Assembly (NCBI RefSeq): GCF_009914755.1
Contig: NC_060934.1
Length of the DNA stretch: 64,000 nucleotides
Source of the DNA: the human T2T-CHM13v2.0 reference genome, Homo sapiens
Reading direction: 5' to 3' (one strand)
Each line of letters opens with the position of its first letter. Within the stretch, counting starts at the first letter, position 1. The notes under the pieces were generated by a model. The model saw nothing but the letters and a program-made list of their open reading frames with translations, was not told the origin of the DNA and did no database searches. Position numbers and translations under genes: made by a program. This document shows, in pieces, positions 26,150 to 40,385 of this stretch.

Positions 26150-26990
26150 AAGGCAGTCTCCCAATAGATAGAAACACCTGAAATCGGTAAAGACAGTAGT
26201 TACATTGCCTTACTGTCCATCAATGCTAGATTGCAGTCTTTTTTTTATCTTTTGTTTTAGGTTCAGGGTACATGTGCAGATTTGTAAATTGCATGTCATG
26301 GGGGTTTGGTGTGGAGATTATTTTGTCACCCAGGTACCAATCACTTGAATAGAGTGTCCCTTCCCCAGTGCTTGTTTTTATTAATTGACAGAAATCAGAT
26401 TATTGTAGTTGTGCAGCATTACTTCTGGGCTCTCTATTTTGTTCCATTGATCCATGTGTCTGTTTCTGTACAAGTCTCATGCTGTTTTTGTTACTGTAGC
26501 CTTTCAATATAGTTTGAAGTTGGGTAATGTAATGCCTCCACCTTTGTTCTGCCTTGACTATTAGAGTCTTTTTGGTTCCTTATAAATTTTAACATAGTGT
26601 TTTTTTCTAGTTCTGTGAAGAATGTCATTGATAGTTTGATGGGAATAGCATTAAATCTGTAAATTGCTTTGGGCAGTATGGCCACTTTAACAGTATTAAT
26701 TCTTCTTATCCATGAGCATGGAATGTTTTTCCATTTGTTTTTCTCGTCTCTGATTTCCTTTGAGCAGTGTTTTGTAATTGTAATTCTCATGGTAGTGATA
26801 TTTCCCCTCTGTGGTTATCTTATTCCTAGATATGATGCTCATTTACCATTCCAACAATCCTAGGGCACAGACAATCACACACACACACAGGTACACACAC
26901 TTACATGGAGTCATGCACACAGGCACACACACATGCACACACTTGCATACACATACACACTAGCACACAAACACATATACACACAGGCAC
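26150..26990 (+). repeat. ~840-bp direct duplicate of 32895-33730 (LTR piece, L1 pieces, CA-rich repeat)
   Basis: Shared chimeric junctions such as gaaatcggtaaagacag…ccttactgtccatcaat, caggtaccaatcacttgaatagag and ccattccaacaatcctagggcac. Confidence 0.92.
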
Positions 26991-27145
26991 ACACACACAC
27001 AGGCACACATACACACAGGTGCACACACACACAGGTGCACACAAACACATATACACACAGGCACACACACACACAGGCACACATACACACAGGTGCACAC
27101 ACACACAGGTGCACACACATACACACACAGGCACACACACAGACA
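26866..27145. repeat. Compound (CA)n / cacacaggca simple repeat
   Basis: Visible directly; it produces the His/Thr- and Cys/Val-rich ORFs. Confidence 0.95.
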
Positions 27146-28404
<1,259 letters not shown>

Positions 28405-28439
28405 TTATTACACAGATAGCTTCTCTCAGTTAACAGGGA

Positions 28440-30510
28440 TCCAATATATACACATCTGTATCAGCCATAGCCAGTTCTTTCCCATAGAACCATCTACTGG
28501 CCTGGAACTTGAATCACTCAACACAAAAAGACATCTGCTGATGCAAGCCCACTGCACTAGGGAATAAGATAAACTCCCTGATAAGCTCGACATCCAAAAA
28601 AAGCAAATGCAAAACATAACAGGGTAAAATAGTTTATGCAATTGAGAAAAAAACAGGAAACAACTCTGAAAGTATGAAAAAACAGACTGTTTAACACCCT
28701 CAAAGGATCACACATTAACTCTCCAGCAATAGATCCTAACTTAAATGAAATTTTGAAATACCAGATAAATAATTCAAAATATTGAGTTATAGAAACTCAA
28801 TGAGACCAAACAGAAAGCTGAAAACTAACACATAGAAATCAGAAAAAAACAATTCAGAATATGGAAGAATATATTGACATCATTTAAAAAAGAATCAGAA
28901 CTTCTGGAAATAAAAAAATTCATTGAAGGAATTGTGAAATACAGTTGAAAGCTTTAACAATAGGCTAGACCAAGAGGAAGAAAGAATTTTAGAGCTGGAA
29001 GACAAGTCTTTGAAATTAACTCAATCAGACATTAATATAGAAAAATTAATTTTAAAAAATCCACAAAGTCTTTGAGAAATAGGGAATTTTATGAAGTGAC
29101 CATCCCTCAGAAATGTAAGTATTCCAGAGTGAGAAGAAAAAGAACTAAAAAGTATGGAAAACGCTTCGGAGGATATACTTCAGAAAACCTTCCCTGGTAT
29201 TGGGAAACATTTAGACATTCAGATGCAAGAAGATCACAGAATTCTTGGAAAATACATTTCAAGATGAACCTCACCACAGCATATAGTCATCAGACTATTT
29301 GAAGTCAACATAAAGAAAAAAATTCTAAGAGTTGCAAGAGAGAAACACTTAATCACCTGTAAAGGAAATCCCATCAGACTAAAATTGAATTCTCAGCAGA
29401 AACCCTACGGGCCAGAATATACTTCAGGCCTATATTCATCCTCCTTAAAGAACAAAAGGCAGCCAAGTATTTTATATGCTGCTAAGCTAAACTTCCAAAA
29501 TGATACAGGAATATTCTTTTCCAGACAAACAATTACTAAGGGAATTCATTACCATTAGCTCAATCCTAGAAGAAATGCTGAAAGAAATTCTAAACATGGA
29601 AATTAGGGGACAATACACATCATCATAAAAGGGCACATTAGTACAAATCTCACAGATCCTACAAAGTAATTACATAATTGAAACTCAAAGACAACTAGGA
29701 AACAATACTATGACAGAAACAGAACCTCACATACCATGTTAACCTTAAATGTAAATGACCAAAATGCTCCACTGAAAGACACAGAGTGCCAAACTGGATA
29801 CAAAAAGCAAGATTCAACCATACACAGCATAGGAGAAACTCACCAAGTGACTAAAGGCATCTACAGACTTAAAGCAGAGGGGTGGAAATGCATATATCAC
29901 ACAAATAGAAAAAAAATACCAAAAAGCAAGAATGAGCAGAAGTAGCCACTCCTGTATTAGATAAAACAGACCTTAAAAGAACAACAGTGAAAACAGACAA
30001 ATAAAATGCATTTTATAATGATAAAAGGTTCAACACACAAAAAAGACCTAATTATTTAAAGTTGTATTTACCTAACACTGGAGCACCCAGATACATAAAA
30101 CAAATACTACTAGACCAAAGAAAACAGATTTATAGCAGTACGATCATAGTACAGCACTTCAGCACCCACTGATATTATCTGACAGAACATCAAGGCAGAA
30201 AATCAGCTGAGAAACTCTGGAAATAAACTAGACCACAGACCAAATGGACCTAATATTTGCAGAACATTCTATCCAACAACCACAGAGTATAAATTCTTCT
30301 CATCTGCACTTGGAATATTCTCCAAAATTAAGTATATGCTTCACTGTAAAGCAAGTCTCAACAAATTTTTAAAAATCAAAATGATATCAATTATATTCTC
30401 AGACCATAGTGGAATAAAATCAATACCAAGAGGAACTTGGAAAATTACACAAGTACATGGAGACAAAACAACATGCCCCTCAATAACTTTTGAGCAAACA
30501 ATCAAATCAA
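28440..30510 (+). mobile_element. Old L1: 5' region, ORF1 and ORF2 endonuclease domain (degraded)
   Basis: MLTLNVNDQNAPLK… (EN start), FSDHSGIK (EN SDH motif) and ORF1-like sequence. Confidence 0.9.
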
Positions 30511-30519
30511 TTGAATCAA

Positions 30520-30985
30520 ACTAAGTGCCTATCAATGGATGATTGGATAAAGAAAATGTGGTATATATAAACACTGGAATACACTTCAGCCAGAGAAAAG
30601 GGAAATCATGTTTTTTGCAGCAACATGGATGAACTTCAGAAACAGAACTCAAAAAGAGAATAATTGGTGACAAAAAATGGATCCCTTAAATTAGTCCCCT
30701 AAATTTTATTTTTAGAAAAAGTTTTGCAGAACTACAATTTGACCTGGCAAGTCCATTACTGGGTATGTACCCAAAGGAATATAAATCATTCTATCATAAG
30801 GACACATGCACACCTGTGTTCATTGCAGCACCATTCACAATAGCAAAGACATGGAATCAATCTAAGTACCATCAATGGCAGACTGGATAAAGAAAATATC
30901 GTACATATACAACATGGAATACTATGTAGCTGTGAGAAAGAATGATATAATAACCTTGTCAGGAACATGGATGGAGCTAGAGGGT
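30520..30985 (+). mobile_element. Two short L1 3' ORF2 fragments
   Basis: ggataaagaaaatgtggtatata…; ccattactgggtatgtacccaaaggaatataaatc…. Confidence 0.75.
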
Positions 30986-32930
30986 AGAAAATCTTACCGT
31001 ATGGTCAAAATGAATAAGATTAAGTAGATTTGTCTATAAGGTGTTACTAAGGATTGGGTTTAACATTAGAAGTATACTAATGCAAAGGAAAATTTTTACT
31101 TTCTTTGGACATATTTGTATAAATGTACTATTGGTGTGTGTTCAAAAATTACGTGAAATTCCTATAATTCTGTTATGACGTAGTTTATAGTACCAGTTAT
31201 AATTATAATTGTTATGTTAAATTATTGTATGCCACAGAGGTAACTAAATTTCCTTGCCAATTGTGTCTTTGACTGTGGCTGCCCTAAGATTTTTTGTCAT
31301 CCACAAACAATTGTTGTCTTGTTTTGATCCTCTTTAAATGTGGTTTTATCATCAGCTCTAGGATTCTGTGCTCTTGAATGCAGGTTTGTGATAACTTTTA
31401 AGAAGGTGATGTTGAGATGGAGAGGAAAGAACTTCCAAGACCCTCTTGGAAAACTAATGTGATAATAAATATTGAGCAAAACAGGAATTAATTGCATAAA
31501 TTGAACTAATAAAGGACCAAAAAATATGCTTTTTACTTTTTGCTTAGAATGTTGCTGATCCTGTGTTTTCTTTTTCAGAATCAAGAAAACTTTTCTCTCA
31601 AGCTTATTTACAGCTTTTAACAATAGAGTAATGTACACTCCTGTAAAGAAATTTAGAGCATATTTGTTTCTCTCTACCTGATTTATTCAGAATTTGGAGA
31701 CTATTTTTGAGTGTTCCTAACATACGGCAATATATTTATTTGCATAAGTGTGATAAGAATTCGTTGTTGTTGTTGTTGTTGTTGTTTTTTCCCAACAGGA
31801 CACAATTGGAGAAACTGCTTATTTTACCAAGGTTTTGACTGGAATGATGTGCTTTCTTTTAAGGAATCAAACTTGACTTATAGAGCCAAAAATAGCTTCT
31901 TTGGAAAACTGTCCTCATGCCTTGTCTACACAGTCCCTTTACACAGTTTGCCACCCATGGAAAATAAAGAATGTCACTTTCTCACAGGCCCAGGAGCTTC
32001 AAATTGTCTTGGGACCTCAAGAGGAGAGGAATTTAGCCAAATCATGCAGGTATTTGATAGCACACACCCATGGCTGGGCTTAAGGCTTGAAAAAGTCTTA
32101 TCTGAGATTCCTTATGGAACAAAGTTTCATCAAAGCCAATTTAAAAAGGAGCCTAAATGGTAAATAGTTATTCTTGCTGTGTGTTATGCAGATAATCAAG
32201 CCAAGTATAATAAGGCTAAAGCTTATTTTGCAAACAAATGAGTCCTATCATGATTTATTTGTAATAAAAATGAGGACTGTAGGGGGAAAAATGATGTTTC
32301 AAGAACTGTGGTACACCTGTTATTAGAGTCTAGTCTCCACAGTAGTTTTTGTATTTTCATCTGCAGTTTACACTAACCCTGCCTATTCCATGAACCAACC
32401 AGTGATCTCTGGCTACAGCTCAGAAGAAACTAGAGAGATGGACCTTCAAGCTCCAAATTATCCTCAGTGAGGATACCATCTTCTAAATACTCAGGAGTCA
32501 CCCTTCTATAGAAGACCACTAGGCTGCCCATCAGTAGAACACAACAAAGGAAAAATCCTGTTTGTGTTTCCCTTGGACCTACCTGGATAGCACTTTCACC
32601 AAACCACAGAGCCACTCTGCCCTGACAGTTATCAAGAGGCCAAAACCCACAGGACAACTTTCACCACCCCTCTCTCAGTAGGAAGCAGTTATAGACACCT
32701 GATCTTTGTCCATTTTCCCCAAGAACTGGGTCTTGGAGTATTGAGGGGGAATGTTAGAGTAGGTAGTTAGTCAGACATGAGCAGGGCATGAAAGTGGCTC
32801 ATTCTCCCCAGGAATATCAGGTGACCATCAGGTGATGGTCAAGCAGTTGTTAACCTGTCTCTCTAAAATAATTGGTTGCAACGGGTGCCAGAGAAAGGCC
32901 ATCTCCCAATACAAACACGTGAAATCGGTA
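30985..32930 (+). mobile_element. ERV1 MER4-group internal region, PPT and truncated LTR (MER50-like, from ~32752)
   Basis: T/A-rich MER4-int-like sequence, then gagggggaa PPT and tgttagagtaggtagttag…gtgaccatcaggtgatggtc. Confidence 0.75.
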
Positions 32931-34849
32931 AAGACAGCCTTACTGTCCATCAATACTGGATTGCAGACTTTTTTTTATATTTTGTCTTAGGTTCAGGGTT
33001 CAGGTGCAGGTTTGTAAATTGCACGTCATGGGGGTTTGGTGTAGAGATTATTTTGTCACCCAGGTACCAATCACTTGAATAGAGAGTCCCTTCCCCAGTG
33101 CTTGTTTTTATTAATTGTGAGAAATCAGATTATTGTAGTTGTGCAGCATTACTTCTGGGCTCTCTGTTCTGTTCCATTGATCCATGTGTCTGTTTTTGTA
33201 CAAGTGTCATGCTGTTTTTGTTACTGTAGCTTTTCAATATAGTTTGAAGTTGTGTAATGTAATGCCTCCACATTTGTTCTGCCTGTCCGTTAGAGTCTTT
33301 CTTGGTTCCTTGTAAATTTTAACATAGTGTTTTTTTCTAGTTCTATGAAGAATGTCATTGATAGTTTGATTGAATATCATTAAGTCTGTAAATTGCTTTG
33401 GGCAGTATGGCCATTTTAACAATATCAATTCTTCTTATCCATGAGCATGGAATGGTTTTCCATTTGTTTTTCTTGTCTCTGATTTCCTTTGAGCAGTGTT
33501 TTGTAATTCTTATGGTAGAGATATTTCCCCTTCGTGGTTATCTGTATTCCTAGATATGATGCTCATTTACCATTCCAACAATCCTAGGGCACACACACAT
33601 ACACACAGGTACACACATATACATGGAGGCATGCACACAGACACACATTCACACACACAGGCACACACTTGCATACACATACACACTAGCACACACACAC
33701 ACATATACACACAGGCACACACACATACACATTACAGCATCTATTTTTGGCTAACAATAATAAATGAGTCCATAACACCCAACCTTTCCAGTTTCCAACC
33801 AGCTGAGGCCTGCAGATCATTTATGATGCCTTTTTCCTTCATTCCCAAGTACTTTTTCCACATTGATGCCACAGGCATTTATTGAGTGCCCCCTGTGTGC
33901 TTGACTTCTAAGCCTAGAAGTGACTAAAGTCAATGCGCCGGTATCTCATGCAGGGGGTTATACAAGGCTGTGCCCTGCTCAGCAGCAGCAGAACCTCTGT
34001 GGGAGGTCTGAGAGGGAGGAACACTGCAGCCAGATCCAGGACATATCACAGCGAGAGCAGCTGGGTGCAGAAGCCCAAGAGCCGCTCCCACGCATGTGAC
34101 CAGCTGGTTTCACCCATGGCACAGACCTTATCTCACCAAGCTGGCATTGCCTGTGGGCAAAGTCAGGACCACAGCAAGTGCACATTGTCCCTCAAATTTC
34201 AAAGAGGTAGTGGATTAATGACTCAATCTGAAAGTCTGTGCTTGTGAGCTTCCCAGAAAACAAACTTGCAGGACAAAAGAACCCACAGTGCACACTGGAC
34301 CTGCTTCCTGTTCCTGCAATGCCCCAGGTGAAAACACAGAGTGTTGGGGAGGTTTTTATTTCACTTCCCACCTTTTTTACTGTATGAAATTTAATCACAC
34401 ATGTATTAATTTTATTTTTGTCAGCCAGGAAATTATGGGACATTCTGTTCTGTTCTCTTTAGCTCTGTTCTGTAGTTAACAACAGTAATAAAAGGTGGAC
34501 ATAACATATGTGAGACTTATGCTTAACTTATGCTTAAGTTTTCACAATGGATGAGATGGACAATTATGCCATTGAAAAGAAGGTGGTTCTGTCTGACAGC
34601 TGTTATCTGGTGATCTCTCATGTAATAGTTCTACCAAGACTGAGCACATTGGTCTCTGTCATTTTTGGGGCAATCCCTCCAAAGTAACCCCAAAGCTGCT
34701 CTTACTTTACCGTAACCATAGTGTGCCACTTCAAATTCCCTGCTGTGAACTGCAAATGGGCATGTAATGCATTTGGTGAGAAGCATGAAATAAATCAAAC
34801 TATTTTACCCCAAATAGGGCTCCTTAGTATAATGGATATTTTAATTTTA

Positions 34850-35371
34850 AAACCCTCAGAGATCAACAACCAATGGAAGAGTCTATTTCCCCTGTCCACA
34901 TATAGCTAGAACCTGACCCACGAAGGAGAGTAAATATTCTTGCTCCCCTCTTGTTATCTCATGACTCAGTACAGAAAAGAAGGTTAAGACTATAACGAGG
35001 CCTTAACAGAACCTTTTCAAAATAATGACTGGCTCCAAGGATCAGTAAATCCCAAGGAAAACTATTTACCAGTTAATTACTGTTGCCTGAAACAGTCATT
35101 CTCCCTAGTAATCATTTATTTTCTCCCCAAATAATTGCTCCTTTCCAATCTAAAACAAGCTGTTTTACCAGAATTCAGGCCCCCATTTTTTCTGTAACCT
35201 CCAGATGGGATACAGGCTTCTGCAACTCATTGAGAAGCTGAGTCTTCATCCTGAAGGCTCCCGTGTATACACAATAAATAAATTTGTGTGCCTGTTTTCC
35301 TATTAGTCAATCTGCCTTACATCACCTGATTTTCAGTGAAACTTTAGAGGGCCAAGAGCCTTGGACCCCAC
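34850..35371 (+). mobile_element. ERV1 LTR (MER34/MER39-like)
   Basis: ctgaaggctcccgtgtatacacaataaataaatttg…gattttcagtgaa…ccttggaccccaca. Confidence 0.65.
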
Positions 35372-36040
35372 AAGCACAATTCAGTCTCCATTGTGACTTT
35401 ATGCCTCCTAAGCCATCCTTCCTCATTATCTAATTTTTGGTATCACAGTGGCCTCTTACATGATAAAAGATTTAGTTGGTTGATATTCTCTGTCAAATAC
35501 TTCCAGCCCCAGCAATCTCACAGCAGAGGTGCCACCAAGTATTCATGTTGGTTTCCATTTACTTGCAGAACCTTGGCCATTCTGATGTTTAACCAAGAGT
35601 TGAGCTGAGTGGCTCTGACCAGCGTGGAAGATGAGAGCAGCCTGAACTTACACTGTGAAAATGTAAGAAATACATAATAATAAGAGTACTTATATAGAAG
35701 AGTTGTTAAGAAATTAAATTTTAAAAGTATATAAAATGCTTAAAATACACAGAAAGCACTGGATATCAGTTAGGTAACAATAATAATAACAATAATACTA
35801 AATATCATCTACCCACAAAATTATCAACCTCTGAATCCTCATAGTCATGAGCTTGTCATGTCACTTTCATGCAAAAAAAGATCTCTGTGACTTTGAGAGG
35901 GGCAAGTTACAGACAGAGAAATGGAAGCTCAGACAAACACTTCCAGGCACCCACTGCCTACCAGGTGCAGGGCTCCTGCCTGCTGGCCACCCTGCAAGGA
36001 CAGCTGATCTAGGACCCTTCAGACCCCAGGATCCACTTCC

Positions 36041-36130
36041 ATCTTCAGGAGCATAAGTGCCAAATCCCAGCACCCAGACGAAGTGTCCACCATTCAGCCT
36101 CACGGAATGGCTGTGCTTCAGATCCGTCAT
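36041..36130 (-). pseudogene. AKR1C6P: AKR1C-family exon 1 (AKR1C8/AKR1CL1-like N-terminus) with mutated splice donor; probably AKR1C6P
   Basis: Translation MTDLKHSHSVRLNGGHFVWVLGFGTYAPED matches the AKR1C exon-1 pattern (V-x-LNDGHFMPVLGFGTYAP). The homology ends at the conserved phase-0 boundary, followed by ggaagt instead of gtaagt. The family call is firm; the gene symbol is inferred from recalled locus order. Confidence 0.85.
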
Positions 36131-37099
36131 CAGTCCCAGCTAATCTGACCGTCTTTCCTCCTTTTCCTCTGTGAGATCCCAGTAGAAGAAAAGGCTCCCG
36201 CGTTCTTTATTTCCACCAACCTCAATATGTGAAGAGCTCATATTACAACTGTCAGTGATTCCAAATGAAGCTGGAATTGATCTATTGCCTTTTTTTCAAT
36301 TGCTTCCTATCTGTGCAGGTGTATCTTACAGGAACATACAGAAATGGTATGCTGAGAGAGGAGTTTGAATGATCTTCTAGGCATTGTTCACTCTTGACAC
36401 TTAAGTTGAAGTATTAAATATTCCAACCTGTCTTTGATAAGGATATAGGACTTACTTTAGAAGATACAACCTGATTATTAAATTGGTCATTTCTAGACAT
36501 TGATTCTACAAGAAGACCTCAGTTAAGTCTCACACCATCCATTTTATCACAAATCGCATCACAAACAGCGTATTGAGAATTCCCTGAACAAAGCTAGATG
36601 CCTGGTCCCAGGCACACATGTAATGAGATTCCTTGGAAGCACCCATTTCTACCTTCATTATAATGAAATTCTCCTGTATCAAGGCCTCATTTCATTTTGT
36701 GACTGTCTTTGCCTTTTCTTTGAATCTTCTTGGCACAAAAAGCCTGGTCTGAGATCATGAGTACATCTCTGTGTTCTTGCTTTTTTCCAGCTATTTCCTC
36801 TTTCTAGGACAGCCTGCTTGGTTTGCACCTTGTTTCCAGCGGGTTTCTGATGTCTTACTTATCCTAAATACACCCGATCCAGCCACACGTTTCAGGAGTC
36901 CTTTTATGACCCCCTGGATAATGTTGGCCACCCTTTCCTGTGTGCCCTTCATTTTTATTGCTTCTACTATGCAAGTCAAAGAACAACATTAGCAAAAGTT
37001 CATTCTCAAGTAATAAGGATCTTTGGCTGGATAAAATCACTAAGTGGTGTTTTGTTATCGTTATGCTGTGCTTTGCCCAACCTGTGTTTGGCCAAACAT

Positions 37100-37400
37100 T
37101 GATAAGATGAATTGCCTTGTTGAAAATGCCCACATGGAGAGGAACTGAGTGTGGCTTACGGCCATCAGCCAGCTAGAAACTGAGGCCTTCACTCTAGTAA
37201 CCCAGAAGGCACTCGATCCTGCCAGTCACCCATGACCTTAGAAGCAGCTTATTCCCCATCGAGCCTTCAGGGAGACCCTGCTTTTGGATTATGCCTTCAT
37301 TGCAGCCCATTGAGGATCCAAACAGAGGCACCAGCTGAGTTCTGCTTGGCTACACAAAAATCGCTACAACCTTTGCAGCTTGAAGCCAACACAAGGGGAG
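37100..37400. mobile_element. MLT1 (MaLR) LTR fragment
   Basis: gcccacatggagaggaactgag…gccagctagaaactgaggcc…ccccatcgagccttcag. Confidence 0.7.
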
Positions 37401-37539
37401 ACTGCAAATGGCAATTATAATACAGCATGGAACCCAAGGAGACAGAAGGCCACATGCAATCCTGGAAGATGGGGTAGAAGGAGTGTCAGAAAAGGTTTTG
37501 CAATGGCATCTGAGTGGAGTATTCAAGAATTATATGAAA

Positions 37540-38720
37540 GTGTATTTCGTTCAATAATAAATATTCTATAGGCACTAGAAACAAGCAGAAAAAAAATCTA
37601 AGCCCTCATGGGTCTCACTTTCCAGGAGAGAGAATCAGACAAGAAACTAATAAATACATAGAATGAAGATCATGTCACATGATGAGAAGTACCGTGAAGG
37701 GGAAGAAAGCAAGGACAGGGGTAGAGTACAAACGGAGTGAGGGACAAATGAAATTATGAATAGCATAAGCCGGGAATCTTCACTGAGACAGAGACAATTG
37801 AGAAAAGACCTGAAAGAGTAGAGGAAGCAAGCCTTGCTGACAGCTGAGGGAAGAGGGCTTCAGGCAGAGGGATCCTGAAGGGCACACTCCCTGCAGCAAG
37901 GGCAGGCCAGGCTTGTTCTGGGAACAGCAGGATTAGGAGAAAGGTCAGAAAGGAACGGAGGGCCACGTTTATACAGAGCCCTGTAGGCCATTTGCAAGGA
38001 TTTGGCTTTTACTCTAGGACAGATGAGGAGACACTGGATGATACTGAGCTGCTGTGGAGAGAGTAAAATATAAGTTGATGAAAAATAAATATGGAAAACT
38101 GGTTAGGAGGCTATTTGAATAACCAAGGCAAGGAATGGCATGACTTGGAACAAGATAGTTGAAGAACAGCTGATGAGAAATGGTCAGATTCTGGATATAT
38201 TTTTAAGGTGGACATGGCAGGGCTTGATCACAGATTTTATATTGGAGAGGAAAGTATTATTTTAAAAAAAGCAAGAATGACTTGGCAAACTTTAGTATTT
38301 ATGACTGGAAAATGGAGTTTTTGTTTTATTGAAATTGGGGAAATTGATGTGGGGCAGGATTGCAGGGTGGTTAAGGGTATTTTGCCTGGGATATCCTGAG
38401 CTTGAGATTCCTATTGGGCCCTGGAGTGGAGATGTTCAGTAGAAAATTTGATATTCCAGTCTGAGTTTCTGGGAAAAGAATTGAGCTGCAGTTATTAATT
38501 TGGGATTGTAAGCCTATTGACAATATTTAAAGCTGTTGAAATGTCTAGGATTATCAGAGGAGTCTGACTTCCTGAAGATAGGGAAGAATCTAAGGACTAT
38601 GGGACACCCCAATAATTAAAAGTGATGAAAATGAGGAGCAGTCAGTGAAGAAGTCAGATACGGAAAAGAAGGAGGAAGACAGAGAGTGTGATGTCATAGA
38701 AACCAACTTAAGAAAGTCAT
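37540..38720. mobile_element. L2 fragments (continue at ~40400-40600)
   Basis: Purine-rich L2 motifs (ggatttggcttttactct; gattctggatatatttt aagg). Confidence 0.7.
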
Positions 38721-38732
38721 TTTAGAATGATG

Positions 38733-40385
38733 GGCCAGGCGCAGTGGCTCACACTTGTACTCCCAGCACTTTGAGAGGCCCAGGCAGACAGATTACCTGA
38801 TGTCAGGAGTGAGACAATCCTGGTCAACATGGTGAAACCCTGTCTGTACTAAAAACATAAAAATTAGCTGGGCGTGGTGGTGCATGCCTGTAATCCCAGG
38901 TACTCAGATGGCTGAGGCATGAGCATGATTTTGTGTCCGGAATTGGTGGGTTCTTGGTCTCACTGACTTCAAGAATGAAGCCGCGGATGCTTGCAGTGAG
39001 TGTTATAGTTCTTAAAGGTGGCATGTCTGGAGTTTGTTCCTTCTGATGTTCAGATGTGTTTGGAGTTTCTTCCTTCTGGTGGGGTTCATGGTCTCGCTGG
39101 CTTAGGAGTGAAGGTGCGGACCTTCGCGGTGAGTGTTACAGCTCTTAAGGCAGCGCGTCTGGAGTTGTTCGTTCCTCCTGGTGGGTTTGTGGTCTCGCTG
39201 GCTTCAGGAGTGAAACTGCAGACCTTCACAGTGAGTGTTACAGCTCATAAAGGCAGTGTGGACCCGAAGAGTGAGCAGCAGCAAGATTTATTGCAAAGAG
39301 CGAAAGAACAAAGCTTCCACAGTGTGGAAGGGGACCCGAGCGGGTTTCCACTGCTGGCTTGGGCAGCCTGCTTTTATTCTCTTATCTGGCCCCACCCACA
39401 TCCTGCTGATTGGTCCATTTTACAGAGAGCCGAGTGGTCTGTTTTGACAGGGCGTTGATTGGTGCGTTTACAATCCCTGAGCCAGACACAAAGGTTCTCC
39501 ACATCCCCACTAGATTAGCTAGATACAGAGTGTCGATTGGTGCATTCACAAACCCTGAGCTAGACACAGGGTGCTGATTGGTGTGTTTACAAACCTTGAG
39601 CTAGATACAGAGTGCCGATTGGTGTATTTACAATCCCTTAGCTAGACATAAAGGTTCTCCAAGTCCCCACCAGACTCAGGAGCCCAGCTGGCTTCGCTCA
39701 GTGGATCCCGCACCAGGGCCGCAGGTGGAGCTGCCTGCCAGTCCAGCCCCATGCGCTGGCACTCCTTAGCCATTGGGTGGTCCATGGGACTGGGTACCGT
39801 GGAGCAGGGGACAGCACTCGTCGGGAGGCTCCAGCCACGCAGGAGCCCACAGCGGGGACGGGAGGCTCAGGCATGGCGGGCTGCAGGTCCTGAGCCCTGC
39901 CCCGCAGGAAGGCAGCTAAGGCCCGGCGAGAAGTGGAGCACAGCAGCTGCTGGCCCAGGTGCTAAGACCCTCACTGCCCGGGGCTTGCGGGCCGGGGGGC
40001 AGCTCCGAGTGTGAGCCACGGAGCCCACACCTACCCGGAACTCATGCTGGCCTGCAAGCGCTGTGCGCAGCCCCGGTTCCCGCCTGCACCTCTCCCTCCA
40101 CACCTCCCTGCAAGCTGAGGGAGCCAGCTTCAGCCTTGGCCAGCCCAGAAAGGGGCTCCCACAGTGCAGCAGTGGGCTGAAGGGCTCCTCAAGTGCCGCC
40201 AAAGTGGGAGCCCAGGCAGAGGAGGCACCCAGAGCAAGTGAGGGCTGCGAGGGCTGCCAGTGCGCTGTCAGCTCTCAATTTGAACCTGGGAAGTGGAGGT
40301 TGTAGGGAGCTGAGGTCGCACCACTGCACTCCAGCTCCAGCCCAGGTGATGAAGTGAAACTCTGTGTCCAAAGAAAAAAAAAAGA
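38733..40385 (+). mobile_element. Alu split by LTR12 (38733-38931 and 40278-40385)
   Basis: The left part ends …gagcatgattt and the right part resumes gaacctgggaagtggaggttg; outer flanks repeat agaatgat. Confidence 0.9.
38932..40277 (-). mobile_element. ERV9 solo LTR12 (LTR12C-like) with 4-bp TSD attt
   Basis: tgtgtccggaattggtgggttcttggtctc end, tandem gattggtg (CCAAT) / agatac repeats and a GC-rich U3. attt at 38928-38931 and 40278-40281. Confidence 0.93.

Noticed and set aside
39018-40305. Cluster of GC-rich ORFs resembling a CpG-island gene
   Set aside because: Entirely within LTR12.
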